Of a stretch of 45,725 nucleotides of DNA, positions 29,749-39,748 are shown piece by piece. The stretch's first letter is position 1. The number at the start of each line of letters is the position of its first letter. The stretch comes from Citrobacter phage HCF1. Both the position numbers and the translations under genes were made by a program. Location of the stretch: sequence record MN545971.1. The stretch is one strand, 5' to 3'. The notes under the pieces were generated by a model. It saw only the letters and a program-made list of their open reading frames with translations. It ran no database searches and was not told where the DNA came from.

Positions 29749-29849
29749 GCGAAATCTCACCGCTTGTTGTCTTTTGTTCCACGATGTTCACAACTAGACC
29801 TTCCGCACTTTTACGTTGTCATGAAAACAAAAAGAACGCTAAAAATCCT

Positions 29850-30160
29850 ATATAATAATAACGGTGAGTAACTAATATTTCTATATAATACAATCATTTA
29901 GAGTTTAATTAATTATATATACCTATATATTGTTTTCTTTATGTTTCTCTTGTTCCACTGGTATATGCATACCCCTTGTGATTTTTCTATATGTAATGGT
30001 CTATTTTCATATATGCGTATATATGGGTGTAGGCGTATCGGAGTGAACCAGTGAACAGAAAAAGAACACGGAATAAATCAAACACTTACACAGAGATTTG
30101 TTGTTTTTCCATTTTGCTTGTTATGAAAACAAAAATAACACAAATTTATTGACAACCATC
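29850..30160. promoter_or_regulatory. AT-rich intergenic region with multiple TATAAT-like boxes
   Basis: TATATAATAATAACGG, CTATATAATACAATC, TTAATTAATTATATATACC; flanked by divergent genes. Confidence 0.4.
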
Positions 30161-30245
30161 ATTGAGTCGCTAGACGCAAGAGAAGAAAGAGCCTTACTTG
30201 CCGATCGCATTCCGCATGTGCGTAACGACAACAAAGGAGAGCAAC

Positions 30246-31232
30246 ATGAGCGAATTTAAGGTATTCACACACGATCAGCTAACTAACGATGAGTATCACG
30301 ATCCGAAAAGCTGGGCGGCGGAGTACGTAAGCGGATCAAGCCTTGCGGAGATTTATTTCTCATGCCCGCAAAGTGGAAGTTTAAGCCACGCGAGGAAACA
30401 AAAGCGCTTGTATTCGGTACGCAGTCACATACCAACTTTCAAGCTAAAGAGTTGTTTGAGGCGGAGTACAGACGCGCAACAGATCCAGACGAGGAAATCT
30501 TTTGGCCTGACTGGTACAAGCGGGAAAACGTATCCAGACCTAATCAAAATGATGGTATGGTTGATTGTGGAGAAGATTGTTGATTGTGGAGAAGATTTAA
30601 ACGTTCTTTGGCTGATTGAAATGATCGAAGAATGCCGGGCGCGAGCCGATGGCGTGAAACTTGTTCCAGCTAAAGATTACGATGCTTGCGTTATGATGCG
30701 TCGAGTGCTGGAAGGAATACCGGAACACAACGCATGTATGAATAGCCCAACAGCGCAACGCGAGCTTTCAATTTTCGGCACTATCGGCGGCGTCAAGGTT
30801 AAGGTTAGATTGGATCACGTTGATGTAGTTCAGGACGTTACGATGAACGTCAAGACAGGCGTCGATCCTGATGGGTTCCCGATTTATGAATCGGTGACGT
30901 ATCCCGAAGCGGTTGTTATCACTGACTACAAAACAACGGCAAGTGCTAACCCGAAAGAGTTTTCGCGTTCAGCTTTTGATCATGGTTATTACTTGAAAAT
31001 GGCGCTACAGCATGACTTGTTCATGAAGGCTTACCCGGTGAGACACGACCTGTTATCGTTCGCCTGTACGCCAGAACAATTAAAGATCGGGCGCTTGCAG
31101 TACATGACAGTGATCAACCAGTTTGCGGAGTGTCAGCTTGTCGACAAATGGCACGGCTATGCGAACAACGCACCGGAAGTAGAGCTAGATACTCCGCCGT
31201 GGGTTCTTAACCAGTTCAAAGGTTTCCTGTAA
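30246..31232 (+). CDS. PD-(D/E)XK exonuclease (RecE C-terminal/Cas4-like, putative exodeoxyribonuclease VIII)
   Basis: GTIGGVKVKVRLDHVDVV...AVVITDYKTTASANPKEFSRSAFDHGYYLKMALQHDLF; internal indels upstream. Confidence 0.65.
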   Translation: MSEFKVFTHDQLTNDEYHDPKSWAAEYVSGSSLAEIYFSCPQSGSLSHARKQKRLYSVRSHIPTFKLKSCLRRSTDAQQIQTRKSFGLTGTSGKTYPDLIKMMVWLIVEKIVDCGEDLNVLWLIEMIEECRARADGVKLVPAKDYDACVMMRRVLEGIPEHNACMNSPTAQRELSIFGTIGGVKVKVRLDHVDVVQDVTMNVKTGVDPDGFPIYESVTYPEAVVITDYKTTASANPKEFSRSAFDHGYYLKMALQHDLFMKAYPVRHDLLSFACTPEQLKIGRLQYMTVINQFAECQLVDKWHGYANNAPEVELDTPPWVLNQFKGFL

Positions 31233-31262
31233 TAGCACGAATTGCTAAACGTTTAAATAATT
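31231..31262 (+). promoter_or_regulatory. Conserved element E8 (truncated; no clear -10)
   Basis: AATAGCACGAATTGCTAAACGTTTAAATAATTG. Confidence 0.45.
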
Positions 31263-31788
31263 GCAGTCAACCAATCAAAGGAGAACGAAATGGCACCTTA
31301 AAACAGCTACGCAACGCTTGACAGTGTGCTCGATGCAATCATGCCAGCATCCAGCATTAACAGATCTTGATCTTTTCCTTACACAAGATCAGTTTATGAG
31401 CGACGATCTGAAATCAATGACGGTATTAACGCGATTTATTCACGTTGAATCTAATGAATGGGTTGAATACAGTTTCACGCTTCCCACAGACTTTCAGAAA
31501 GCAACCAAAACGTTATTAAGACACTTTTCGAGGCTCGCAAGCTTTTCACAAAGGTTAAGAAAAACGGCAAGAATACGCACCTTAAAACAGCTACGCAACG
31601 CTTGACAGTGTGCTCGAAGCTAAAATGACTGCCGCAACGGTCACAGGATTCACTCCAGCAAAACCTACTGAAAACCGGCTAAATCGGAAGGGGTTGCAAA
31701 TACACATAAGCCGGAAGTAAAATCTCAATCCATAGAATCTTTTGAATAATTTAACGGGGCGGAAACGCCCCATTAACGAGGGAATTAA

Positions 31789-32169
31789 ATGCACATTATC
31801 ACTGGTGAAATTCGCAAAGAGCCTTACATCAAACAAGGACAGAACGGGACGCTTTATATCGTTGAGCTTTCAGAATCGTATAAGGATCGAGAAGGCAACC
31901 GCCAATACACTAACTACAAATTCTTTTCAACGCCAAGAGCGAAGGAAAATTCATGGTATGCAGACGCATTCAAGAAAGGAAAAATCATTTCCGTGTCGTG
32001 CGATCAGTTGCGAATTGATCAAAGCGAATATAACGGGCAGATTTATAACACCCTGACAAGTGCCGGATGGCCTAATCTTTCCTTCAGCCAGCGCGGAGAA
32101 TCTCAACCGCAGCAGACGCATCAGCAACCACAGCAACAACCACCTCGCCATAATCCTCCAGCACCGTGA
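31789..32169 (+). CDS. single-stranded DNA-binding protein-like
   Basis: OB-fold-like ITGEIRKEPYIKQGQNGTLYIVELSES...FKKGKIISVSC... and Q/P-rich tail ending PPAP. Confidence 0.5.
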   Translation: MHIITGEIRKEPYIKQGQNGTLYIVELSESYKDREGNRQYTNYKFFSTPRAKENSWYADAFKKGKIISVSCDQLRIDQSEYNGQIYNTLTSAGWPNLSFSQRGESQPQQTHQQPQQQPPRHNPPAP

Positions 32170-32217
32170 AATGAGCCACCAATGGATTTCGACGACGATA
32201 TTCCATTCTGATAAAGA

Positions 32218-32242
32218 AAGCCCGCAATGCGGGGCTTTTATT
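32218..32242 (+). terminator. Rho-independent terminator
   Basis: AAAGCCCGCAATGCGGGGCTTTTTATT. Confidence 0.7.
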
Positions 32243-32565
32243 ACTTGCTTGATCGAGTCATTCAACAGGATCACATAATTTCCGTTTGCTACTCATTGAC
32301 GCCGTACCAGTACGATATAAAGCATTAACGGCGACGAGAACACACCGCCAGTTGGTGCTGTAACTAACGGTGGTTTCATTTATTGTTAAGAAATCATTTT
32401 TCAATTATGCCTCATTGCATTATTTGCGGTAATAAAAACCCCGCCGAAGCGGGGTTGTTGAACGACAACGAAAGTCAATGAAGCAAATTAAAGACAACAT
32501 CACAAAAGCAAGTCATTAGCATTAATGATATTACAATAAGCTTTCGGCCTTGTAAAGTCTCTTTT

Positions 32566-32850
32566 CTAGCGTGTCAATCGCTTCACTGTAATTTTCACCA
32601 CGTATGCGCATGAATAATCCGATCCTGAATCATTGCCGCACTGGTTGCATATGTTCCCGCCGTCGCCTTTCTCGTTAATTTTGTCCGTCCAACGAAATCG
32701 ATCTTTACCGCCGCAATATGGGCATGGTTGGTGTTTACCGTTGAATGTCAGTTGCGGAATGTTGCAAAGCTTCATTAATGCAGTAGCCCACATTCCACGC
32801 ATACGCGGGATCACTTCTTCTTTCTGGTAATGAGAAACTACTTTTACCTT
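32566..32850 (-). CDS. primase N-terminal zinc-ribbon fragment (P4-type)
   Basis: PQLTFNGKHQPCPYCGGKDRFRWTDKINEKGDGGNICNQCG; rest of primase absent. Confidence 0.6.
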   Translation of the reverse strand, partial: KVKVVSHYQKEEVIPRMRGMWATALMKLCNIPQLTFNGKHQPCPYCGGKDRFRWTDKINEKGDGGNICNQCGNDSGSDYSCAYVVKITVKRLTR

Positions 32851-33099
32851 CCTCATTAACGAAAAGAATGTTGCACATTTCCTCATCCAGTTCGTCGGAG
32901 TGTACAAGGTGACACGGAATTGCGTGTATATGCTCATCATGCGCACCGGTCGGCTTTTCACGCCAACTTGATATGATTCACCGTCTAAAGGATAGAACGC
33001 CTCAAAGACGCTTAGAAACGTCGCTGTCATGGTTTCTGTTTTACTCATTACGTACTCGCATGATTCATGTGAAGCTTGAGCGCCGAAGTTGTAACCTGA

Positions 33100-33465
33100 A
33101 TCACGACTAGCAACCTTATTCGCTTTGTTCACGATCTCAACCGGAACCGTGTTTAACCACTCTCCTAGCGTGTCAATCGCTTCACTGTAATTTTCACCAC
33201 GTATGCGCACCTTTTTGAAATTTCCGTCAATCGGGATCATAACGTCAAGTTGTCGCTCATCTGCTGCAATTAAAGTTTCCTTATCATCAGCGCGGCATAC
33301 AACGCGCATTTTGCGATCTCCTTTGTAGCGATGCGCAACTATTTCAAGGTTAGACGGTGTAAAGCAATTCCATACCTCTTGTCCCGTCGCCGTGAATATG
33401 TTGTGCGTCAATCCAGTCAGTGCACAAATAGATCGTCTTACCCGTATTTCCGGTGACTGTAACAT
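33100..33465 (-). CDS. hypothetical phage protein upstream of primase fragment
   Basis: NLEIVAHRYKGDRKMRVVCRADDKETLIAADERQLDVMIPIDGNFKKVRIRGENYSEAIDTLGEWL. Confidence 0.4.
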
Positions 33466-33495
33466 TTCTATAACTCCACAGTCAAACTTTCTGGA

Positions 33496-33540
33496 ATGAT
33501 AGCGCGTTGTGTCTTATTTTTTAGCTTTTAGTGCGCTTGT
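33496..33540 (-). promoter_or_regulatory. Degenerate conserved element E15 (minus strand)
   Basis: revcomp GCACTAAAAGCTAAAAAAT... TATCAT. Confidence 0.3.
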
Positions 33541-33566
33541 AGTCCATCATGTGACGCTTTTGCAGG

Positions 33567-33962
33567 TTAGAGTAAGGGGCTTTCCGTTATTGTCAAACTC
33601 AAGATCTGGACGGCAAAATGTTGCAGTGTATCCAGTAAATCCATTCTTTTGTGATGATAATGAACTCGCCTCGCCACTTCTGGCGGAATCATGCCGCGCA
33701 ACCTGTAAGCGTTTGTTAACCTGCAAACATCAACCTTTAAAGCCTTTGCCATTTCAGAGAAGCCGCCGAAATGGTCAATAACAATGTCAAAGCGAGCCTT
33801 TAACCCCGCTCTAACTTCCGGTTTTAGTCTCCATTTTGGTGGTATTTTTCGCTGTTTCTTGTCCTTTCCGCGCCTTGTTCCGTTGTTGCCGTTAATGCAT
33901 CTTTTATCAATTTCACCTGTTGAGGCTGCAACTCTTTTGTTGTTCATTTTTAGTCTCCGCAC
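33567..33962 (-). CDS. YdaS/Cro-like helix-turn-helix regulator (C-terminal frameshift)
   Basis: HFGGFSEMAKALKV + ARRVHYHHK; alternate frame gives CRPDLEFDNNGKPL. Confidence 0.45.
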   Translation of the reverse strand: MRRLKMNNKRVAASTGEIDKRCINGNNGTRRGKDKKQRKIPPKWRLKPEVRAGLKARFDIVIDHFGGFSEMAKALKVDVCRLTNAYRLRGMIPPEVARRVHYHHKRMDLLDTLQHFAVQILSLTITESPLL

Positions 33963-33998
33963 TTTTTGCTAAAACAAATCATCTTGCTTGTGTATCAT
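33959..33998 (+). promoter_or_regulatory. Conserved promoter-like element E9
   Basis: CGCACTTTTTGCTAAAAC, 21 nt, TATCAT. Confidence 0.45.
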
Positions 33999-34204
33999 AT
34001 GTATCAAAACCAAAAAGATTATCAAAAAGGTTGTGGCACTAAAACGACCCATCAGCGCGAGATTGCCGTCATTGCGGAGAGCGATCTAAAACAAATCATC
34101 TTGCTTGTGTATCATATGTATCAAAACCAAAAAGATTATCAAAAAGGTTGTGGCACTAAAACGACCCATCAGCGCGAGATTGCCGTCATTGCGGAGAGCG
34201 ATTA
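33971..34204 (+). repeat. 2 x 117 bp direct repeat
   Basis: AAAACAAATCATCTTGCTTG at 33971 and 34088. Confidence 0.9.
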
Positions 34205-34222
34205 AAAGATCCGAATGACGAA

Positions 34223-36106
34223 TTGGCTTTTAGTAAAGGAATGACAATGATCCCGAACATTGAAAAACAGTTAGCCTCATTGGGTGATGAAAAGATTGCA
34301 GCAATACAGAAACGTTTCACTGTCGGTGAGATTGTGCCTTATCCGTATCAGTGCGTTGCATACACGGAGATCGCAAAACGGCTAGCAAGATATGAACATC
34401 CGTTTTTCGTAAAGGCGGCGGTATCAGCAGGTAAGACAATAATCTTTGCTATGGTTGCGGCTCAGTGTCGAAAGATGGGGTTGAAAATGCTGACGCTTGC
34501 CCGTCAATCTGAGATTGTGGATCAGGACTCAAAGGAGATTAGCGCGTTCGGTGTTCCTAATTCAGTTTATTGTGCTGGGCTTGGATTGCGCGGCGCTCAC
34601 TTCCCGATCGTTGTCGGATCGGAAGGACTGTTATCAATGGGCTTGAAAAGGCGTCCAGACGTTTTGGGGATTGATGAGTGCCATCAGGTTAACTGGAATG
34701 ATATTGTAGAGGCTCGCGAGAATAACGAAACTTTAGAGCAGATGAAAACGCCGAAAGGTGATCTTGTTCCAAATCCTGATTACGACATAACAAACCCGAA
34801 AGGGAAAAGTGAATTCCTGATTGGTAATGATGGCTTGCCGCTAAAGGGTACAGGACGTACACAATACACCGTTATCATTGAAACCATGCGCAAGCGTTGC
34901 CTTGAAACCAACGGTCGAGAGTTGCGAATTTTCGGAATGACAGGATCGGAATATCGCGGCGTTGAGCCAATTCTTATCGAAGACATGCGAATTCACGGTT
35001 TTGGCGCGAACAGGCCTACAGTGTTTGGCGATGTTGGCGATCTTGGGTATGACCTGTCAGAGTTCCATAGCGAGCATGAATTAGGTGTTGCAGATTACTC
35101 AGAGGCGCAACTAAAAGCGATGAGTAAGAAGATCCACGAATCTGGAACCATGACGCAGCAGATCATGAACATGGTTCACGAAGTGATGAAAACCGTGCTT
35201 TGCGCACTGGTAACTTGCGCCGATGCTCGTCACTGCAAGGAAGCCGCCGCCGCTTTGCCACACGGAACGCCTTACCACATCATTACTGGTAAGACCGGAG
35301 AGAAGCAGCGCCGCGAATGGCTAAACGACGCATACGAAGGTAAAGTTAAATACATTTTCCGTGTTAAGGCTCTAACCACTGGCGTTAATATTCCGCCGTG
35401 GGACACGTCTGTAATTCTGCGTAAAATCGGATCGTTGACTTTATTGGTTCAGCTTTTAGGTCGTGGAATGCGGCAATTAAAGAGCTATCATAAGAATGAG
35501 CTTGGAATGACAAAAACGGATCATCTTGTTCTTGATTTTTCTGGAACAATGTTCGAAATGGGTGAGTTATATTTCAATCCCATTCTTGAACAGGCGCAAT
35601 ATCAGCTACGCAAGAACGGTAAAAAGATCCGTTATATTGCCCGATTTGCAAAACTGAAAACTCAGGTTATGCGCGGCGATGTATTCATGAGGATGAAAAT
35701 GGTAAACGTTGCGAACACTTTTGGGTTTACCAGAATGCGAGGATATAATAGATCCCAGAAAACAGCATACAGACACGACGAATATTATGATGTTGTTGAA
35801 TTTAAGGTTGAGTTGACGAGCAACGGAAACGGAATTCTGTTCCGGTATGACTTACGAGGAATTAACGGCGAGTCGTTTGTTGCATACGAAAAATTTTGGG
35901 TGCAAAGTGATTCTAAATGGATTAGAAACGCATGGAAATCAACATGCTTTAAGCATATCTTAGATAAGCGGATTGCAGGTGCTACGGCATCATATAAAGA
36001 TGCACGCAAGGTAATGATGAATGCTCACCACTTCTTAGCGCCTAAGCGCGTTTCATGGCGCAAGAATACGAAGGGCGAAGATATGATCGGAAATAAGGAA
36101 TATTGA
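34223..36106 (+). CDS. SF2 (DEAD/DEAH-like) helicase
   Basis: AAVSAGKTIIFAM (Walker A), DVLGIDECHQ (DECH), ALTTGVNIPPWDTS, QLLGRGMR (motif VI). Confidence 0.8.
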   Translation: MAFSKGMTMIPNIEKQLASLGDEKIAAIQKRFTVGEIVPYPYQCVAYTEIAKRLARYEHPFFVKAAVSAGKTIIFAMVAAQCRKMGLKMLTLARQSEIVDQDSKEISAFGVPNSVYCAGLGLRGAHFPIVVGSEGLLSMGLKRRPDVLGIDECHQVNWNDIVEARENNETLEQMKTPKGDLVPNPDYDITNPKGKSEFLIGNDGLPLKGTGRTQYTVIIETMRKRCLETNGRELRIFGMTGSEYRGVEPILIEDMRIHGFGANRPTVFGDVGDLGYDLSEFHSEHELGVADYSEAQLKAMSKKIHESGTMTQQIMNMVHEVMKTVLCALVTCADARHCKEAAAALPHGTPYHIITGKTGEKQRREWLNDAYEGKVKYIFRVKALTTGVNIPPWDTSVILRKIGSLTLLVQLLGRGMRQLKSYHKNELGMTKTDHLVLDFSGTMFEMGELYFNPILEQAQYQLRKNGKKIRYIARFAKLKTQVMRGDVFMRMKMVNVANTFGFTRMRGYNRSQKTAYRHDEYYDVVEFKVELTSNGNGILFRYDLRGINGESFVAYEKFWVQSDSKWIRNAWKSTCFKHILDKRIAGATASYKDARKVMMNAHHFLAPKRVSWRKNTKGEDMIGNKEY

Positions 36107-36107
36107 T

Positions 36108-36615
36108 ATGATGTATAAAGAGTTTTACGACAAAGACAGCACAGACACCAGATCGGAAGATGCACACCAGATAGACGCTATAGCGTGGTTGCGCTACCAG
36201 TTCCCCACATGGATCACGTTTCATGTTAACAACTATAAAGAGTTTTACGACAAAGACAGCACAGACACCAGATCGGAAGATGCACACCAGATAGACGCTA
36301 TAGCGTGGTTGCGCTACCAGTTCCCCACATGGATCACGTTTCATGTTAACAACGAAGGCAAGAAAAGCCCCGGACAGGCTAACAAGGATCAGATGAAGGG
36401 ATTGTTAAAGGGTGTGCCGGATATCCTGATTATTCCTGACCGTACACAATGCAAATATGGCTTCATTGCCATTGAGCTAAAACGTGCTAAGAAGTCACTC
36501 TAAAGTGTCAGAGGATCAGAAAAATTTCTCTCGCGTAACGGAAAATGGAGGCTTTGCCGCGCTATGCTATGGTGCTGACCGTGTTCAAGCGGCAATACAA
36601 GAGGCACTAAAATAG
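36108..36615 (+). CDS. VRR-NUC domain nuclease (frameshift near 36500, 40-codon duplication)
   Basis: KGVPDILIIPDRTQCKYGFIAIELKR; alternate frame downstream SEDQKNFSRVTENGGFAALCYGADRVQAAIQEAL. Confidence 0.75.
36114..36353 (+). repeat. 2 x 120 bp exact direct repeat in VRR-NUC gene
   Basis: TATAAAGAGTTTTACGACAAAG repeated with 120 bp offset. Confidence 0.9.
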
Positions 36616-36654
36616 CACTTTTGCTAAAACAAAGCCCCAGCAATGGGGCATACT
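36611..36654 (+). promoter_or_regulatory. Conserved promoter-like element E10 (near identical to E5)
   Basis: AATAGCACTTTTGCTAAAACAAAGCCCCAGCAATGGGGCATACT. Confidence 0.6.
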
Positions 36655-36713
36655 TAATGCAACGAAACAACAAGGAGAAATTAAAAGCGTTGGTGGGGTA
36701 GCAATAAACACGT

Positions 36714-37490
36714 ATGTGGGAAACTCCAGACGAAATTGTTGAGTATCTAAGCGAGCGCTACGGAGAGTATGATCTTGATGCAGCAGCCACGGAAGGTAAT
36801 AAAAATGTGATAAGTTCTACAGTAAGGAAACAAACTGCTGCAAAAGATATTTTAGACAACAGCACGATTGACGGCGTTGAAAAAGTTGATGAAATGGATA
36901 TTCACGAATTGCAACACGGATCTTATTCAAGCATTGCTTTGCGCTCAGGCGGTCATTATCAACCAGTAAGAGAAAATACATTTTTAAAGTGGGAAACTCC
37001 AGACGAAATTGTTGAGTATCTAAGCGAGCGCTACGGAGAGTATGATCTTGATGCAGCAGCCACGGAAGGTAATAAAAATGTGATAAGTTCTACAGTAAGG
37101 AAACAAACTGCTGTTAAATCCTCCATATTCAAATCCAGATCCGTTTGTCAAAAAGCAATTGAGCAAATGGAACACGGAAACCAGATTGACATTTTGCTTC
37201 CAGCAGACAATTCTACAGCATGGTTTAGTGATGCAGTTAAACACGCAGCTGAAGTTATCTGGATCACTGGCGAAACATGGGTAGACGATGGTCGCGAATA
37301 TTCTAGAACAGGGAGATTGGCGTTTATTTCTGGGCTGACTGGTGAATCAGTACAAGGAAATAATAAAGGCAGCGTGATATTTATCATGCGCAAACTTAAA
37401 GAGGGTGAGAAACAACAAACTCACTATGTACCAATCAGTGAAATATGCCCTTCTGTTATGGATCGTAGAGTAAAAGCGCGGAGTTTATAA
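36714..37490 (+). CDS. phage Dam-family DNA N6-adenine methyltransferase-like protein, duplicated N-terminal block
   Basis: WETPDEIVEYLSERYGEYDLDAAATEGNK (WxTPxxxxxxL...FDxDxCA-like), NSTAWFSDAVKHAAEVIWITGETW. Confidence 0.6.
   Translation: MWETPDEIVEYLSERYGEYDLDAAATEGNKNVISSTVRKQTAAKDILDNSTIDGVEKVDEMDIHELQHGSYSSIALRSGGHYQPVRENTFLKWETPDEIVEYLSERYGEYDLDAAATEGNKNVISSTVRKQTAVKSSIFKSRSVCQKAIEQMEHGNQIDILLPADNSTAWFSDAVKHAAEVIWITGETWVDDGREYSRTGRLAFISGLTGESVQGNNKGSVIFIMRKLKEGEKQQTHYVPISEICPSVMDRRVKARSL
36717..37114 (+). repeat. non-tandem exact duplication, offset 273 bp, in methylase gene
   Basis: TGGGAAACTCCAGACGAAATTG at 36717 and 36990. Confidence 0.9.
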
Positions 37491-37711
37491 TGAACGTTAT
37501 TTCAGATGATCAGTTGTGGCCTTTGTTTATCGGCATGGTATGCGAGACTCTAACGCGAGAAGGTTTTGTTGGTGACAAATACGAGTTCGCTACATCGCTA
37601 GATATGAGCTTTGATGAAATTCTCACGCTACCGATTAGCGATTGGAAATCTGCCATTAATGAGGATTTGGAGGAATACAGAGCGAAAGAAGGCGCTGATT
37701 TCTTCAAATAG
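37490..37711 (+). CDS. small acidic hypothetical protein
   Basis: ATG overlaps previous stop. Confidence 0.5.
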   Translation: MNVISDDQLWPLFIGMVCETLTREGFVGDKYEFATSLDMSFDEILTLPISDWKSAINEDLEEYRAKEGADFFK

Positions 37712-37750
37712 CACTTTTGTTAAAAGCCCCGCAAGGGGCTTTGTTATTAT
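37707..37750 (+). promoter_or_regulatory. Conserved promoter-like element E11 overlapping a terminator
   Basis: AATAGCACTTTTGTTAAAAGCCCCGCAAGGGGCTTTTGTTATTAT. Confidence 0.6.
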
Positions 37751-38276
37751 GTATCCAACGAAACGAACTGGAGACACGAAAATGAAAATTTACAGCAAAA
37801 GGCATTTAAACTGGCTCAGGATATCGCAGAAATCGCCGTTAAAATGGAAGTGAAAACGGAATGCAATTCGATTGGCATAGCGCAATGGTATTCCCGGCTA
37901 TTGCATACGGTCACCACAAAATGAATCCAGAAGATAAAACAGATGGAATTATTACTACAATGAAGATCACGAAGGGTAAAAAGGAAACTTGGGAATTAGC
38001 GAAAAAGGCGGTCTTGATGAAGGGATCGCCAAGATAGCTAAGTATTTCGATATTAAAGATGTTTGCGTTATTGTTGGCGATGAAATGGCATATGTAGAGG
38101 AAAAGCCGCGAAAGGTTGTTAGGTTCCGGCTATTCCTACAAAAATCGACTACAAAGCCATACTTGAAAAGACTAAAGAGCAGAAGAAGTATTATAAATGA
38201 AAATGTTATTCACTGTTACTTTCTTGTTGCCAGTTGCGGCCGTTGGTGGTGATATGCTTCATATAAACAATAGAAT

Positions 38277-38308
38277 AAAAGGCTGGCTTAAATGCTAGCC
38301 TTTTTTGT
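38277..38308 (+). terminator. Rho-independent terminator
   Basis: AAAAGGCTGGCTTAAATGCTAGCCTTTTTTG. Confidence 0.7.
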
Positions 38309-38362
38309 TCTGCGTTTATTATAATCAGGTCTTGACAAATTATTAACTTTGAGGATCTGATT

Positions 38363-38662
38363 ATGTTTTTACGGGAATTTTCTACTGGAGGTATGGCGAC
38401 GGCTGGCGGTGTTACTTTTGGATCTGCATTTTCCGGCGAGTTGCTTGTTTCAGTTATCGGACTTGTCATTATGACTATTTTTGGCGTTGTTGGTCTTTAT
38501 TTGAAATGGCGTGATAGTAAGGCAATTCAAGAGGCGCTTAAAGATGGAGATCTAAAAGAGGCGCTTAATATTCGACTTAAATTAGGGGCAAAACATGCGG
38601 AACAAAATAATCGGCTTTGCTGTTGCTATTGCAATGTCCGTTGGATTAATAGAAAAGCTTGA
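38363..38662 (+). CDS. holin-like small membrane protein
   Basis: SGELLVSVIGLVIMTIFGVVGLYLKWRDSKAIQEALKDG; immediately upstream of lysozyme. Confidence 0.6.
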   Translation: MFLREFSTGGMATAGGVTFGSAFSGELLVSVIGLVIMTIFGVVGLYLKWRDSKAIQEALKDGDLKEALNIRLKLGAKHAEQNNRLCCCYCNVRWINRKA

Positions 38663-39071
38663 GGGTGTTGAATATAAGCCCTATAAGGATATCGCCGGGA
38701 TTTGGACTGTATGCAGTGGCGTAACTGGTGCTGATGTTATACCGTGCAAGTTATACACGGAAAGGGAATGCAAGATCCTAAACGAAAAACATAGCAAGTG
38801 GGCGCGTGATACTGTTGACCGTCTTGTTAAGGTTGAAATTCCTGACTCAATGCGAGCGGCTTTATATAGCCACACATACCACACTGGCAGCGGCGCATTT
38901 TCCGTGTCTACCATTCTCAAGGAAGCCAACAAAGGCAACCTGTATAAATCTTGCGAACATCTTTATGATTGGGTTTATTACACCGATCCGAAAACGAAGA
39001 AAAGAAATTCAGCAAGGGCTATGGAATCGCAAAACCATGAGTTTCAAGTATGCGTGAGGGATCTTAAATGA
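38595..39071 (+). CDS. endolysin, GH24 lysozyme (putative SAR endolysin)
   Basis: MRNKIIGFAVAIAMSVGLIEKLEGVEYKPYKDIAGIWTVCSGVTG; weak hydrophobic N-terminal helix, E...C/D...T catalytic pattern. Confidence 0.8.
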   Translation: MRNKIIGFAVAIAMSVGLIEKLEGVEYKPYKDIAGIWTVCSGVTGADVIPCKLYTERECKILNEKHSKWARDTVDRLVKVEIPDSMRAALYSHTYHTGSGAFSVSTILKEANKGNLYKSCEHLYDWVYYTDPKTKKRNSARAMESQNHEFQVCVRDLK

Positions 39072-39460
39072 AATGGTTAAAATTTCTGTATCCGTTTGCT
39101 GTTGTTATATTTGCGTGTTTTATTGTGGCGTGTTCACCGTCAAGCGCACTTACTGGCCTGATTGGTAGCAAGCCAGAAATGACGGCGCAAGTAGGTGCTG
39201 AGAATGTGAAACAAACTGTTGGCGTTACTGCAAAACAGGATACGTCAAGCAAGCAGGAAACCACATTCAAAGAATCGGCAGTGGGTAAGGTTGACACTTC
39301 AAATAAGAAGCATGTTAGCACATCCAGCATTAAGGCCGATAACATTACGGCAGACAGGATCGAGATTCGGAATAATGAATCAGACTTATGGCAGATGGCG
39401 CTAGCTTTTTATCGCTGGCATTATTGCCGGATCTGGAATTACCGCGATATACGCATCACG
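39068..39460 (+). CDS. lysis-cassette lipoprotein (putative spanin-like), C-terminal frameshift
   Basis: MKWLKFLYPFAVVIFACFIVACSPSS (lipobox); possible second TM segment at the frameshifted C-terminus. Confidence 0.45.
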
Positions 39461-39469
39461 CAGAAACAA

Positions 39470-39500
39470 CAAAGCCCCTTAATCGGGGCTTTTGTTATTA
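39470..39500 (+). terminator. Rho-independent terminator
   Basis: AAAGCCCCTTAATCGGGGCTTTTG. Confidence 0.7.
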
Positions 39501-39719
39501 GAATTTTCTTACGTGGATTAATAACTCTCCAGTTTCACGATCTGTTAATTGGTGTTCATCATCACCAAATGCCCTCATGTCACTGTAAAGCAGAATCAAA
39601 AGCGCGTACATAAATTCATCATGCGAAATTCCTGTTGCTGAACTTTCTTTCAAAATAAGATCGATCAAATACTGGCTTTTCGAATAATTCATTGTCTGAC
39701 ATTTCCCTATGCACATCAT
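39498..39719 (-). CDS. small hypothetical protein
   Basis: ORF on opposite strand after convergent terminator; MNYSKSQYLIDLILKESSATGISHDEFMYALLILLYSDMRAF. Confidence 0.4.
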   Translation of the reverse strand: MMCIGKCQTMNYSKSQYLIDLILKESSATGISHDEFMYALLILLYSDMRAFGDDEHQLTDRETGELLIHVRKF

Positions 39720-39748
39720 TTCTTGATGTTTAAAAATTTTTAAACATC

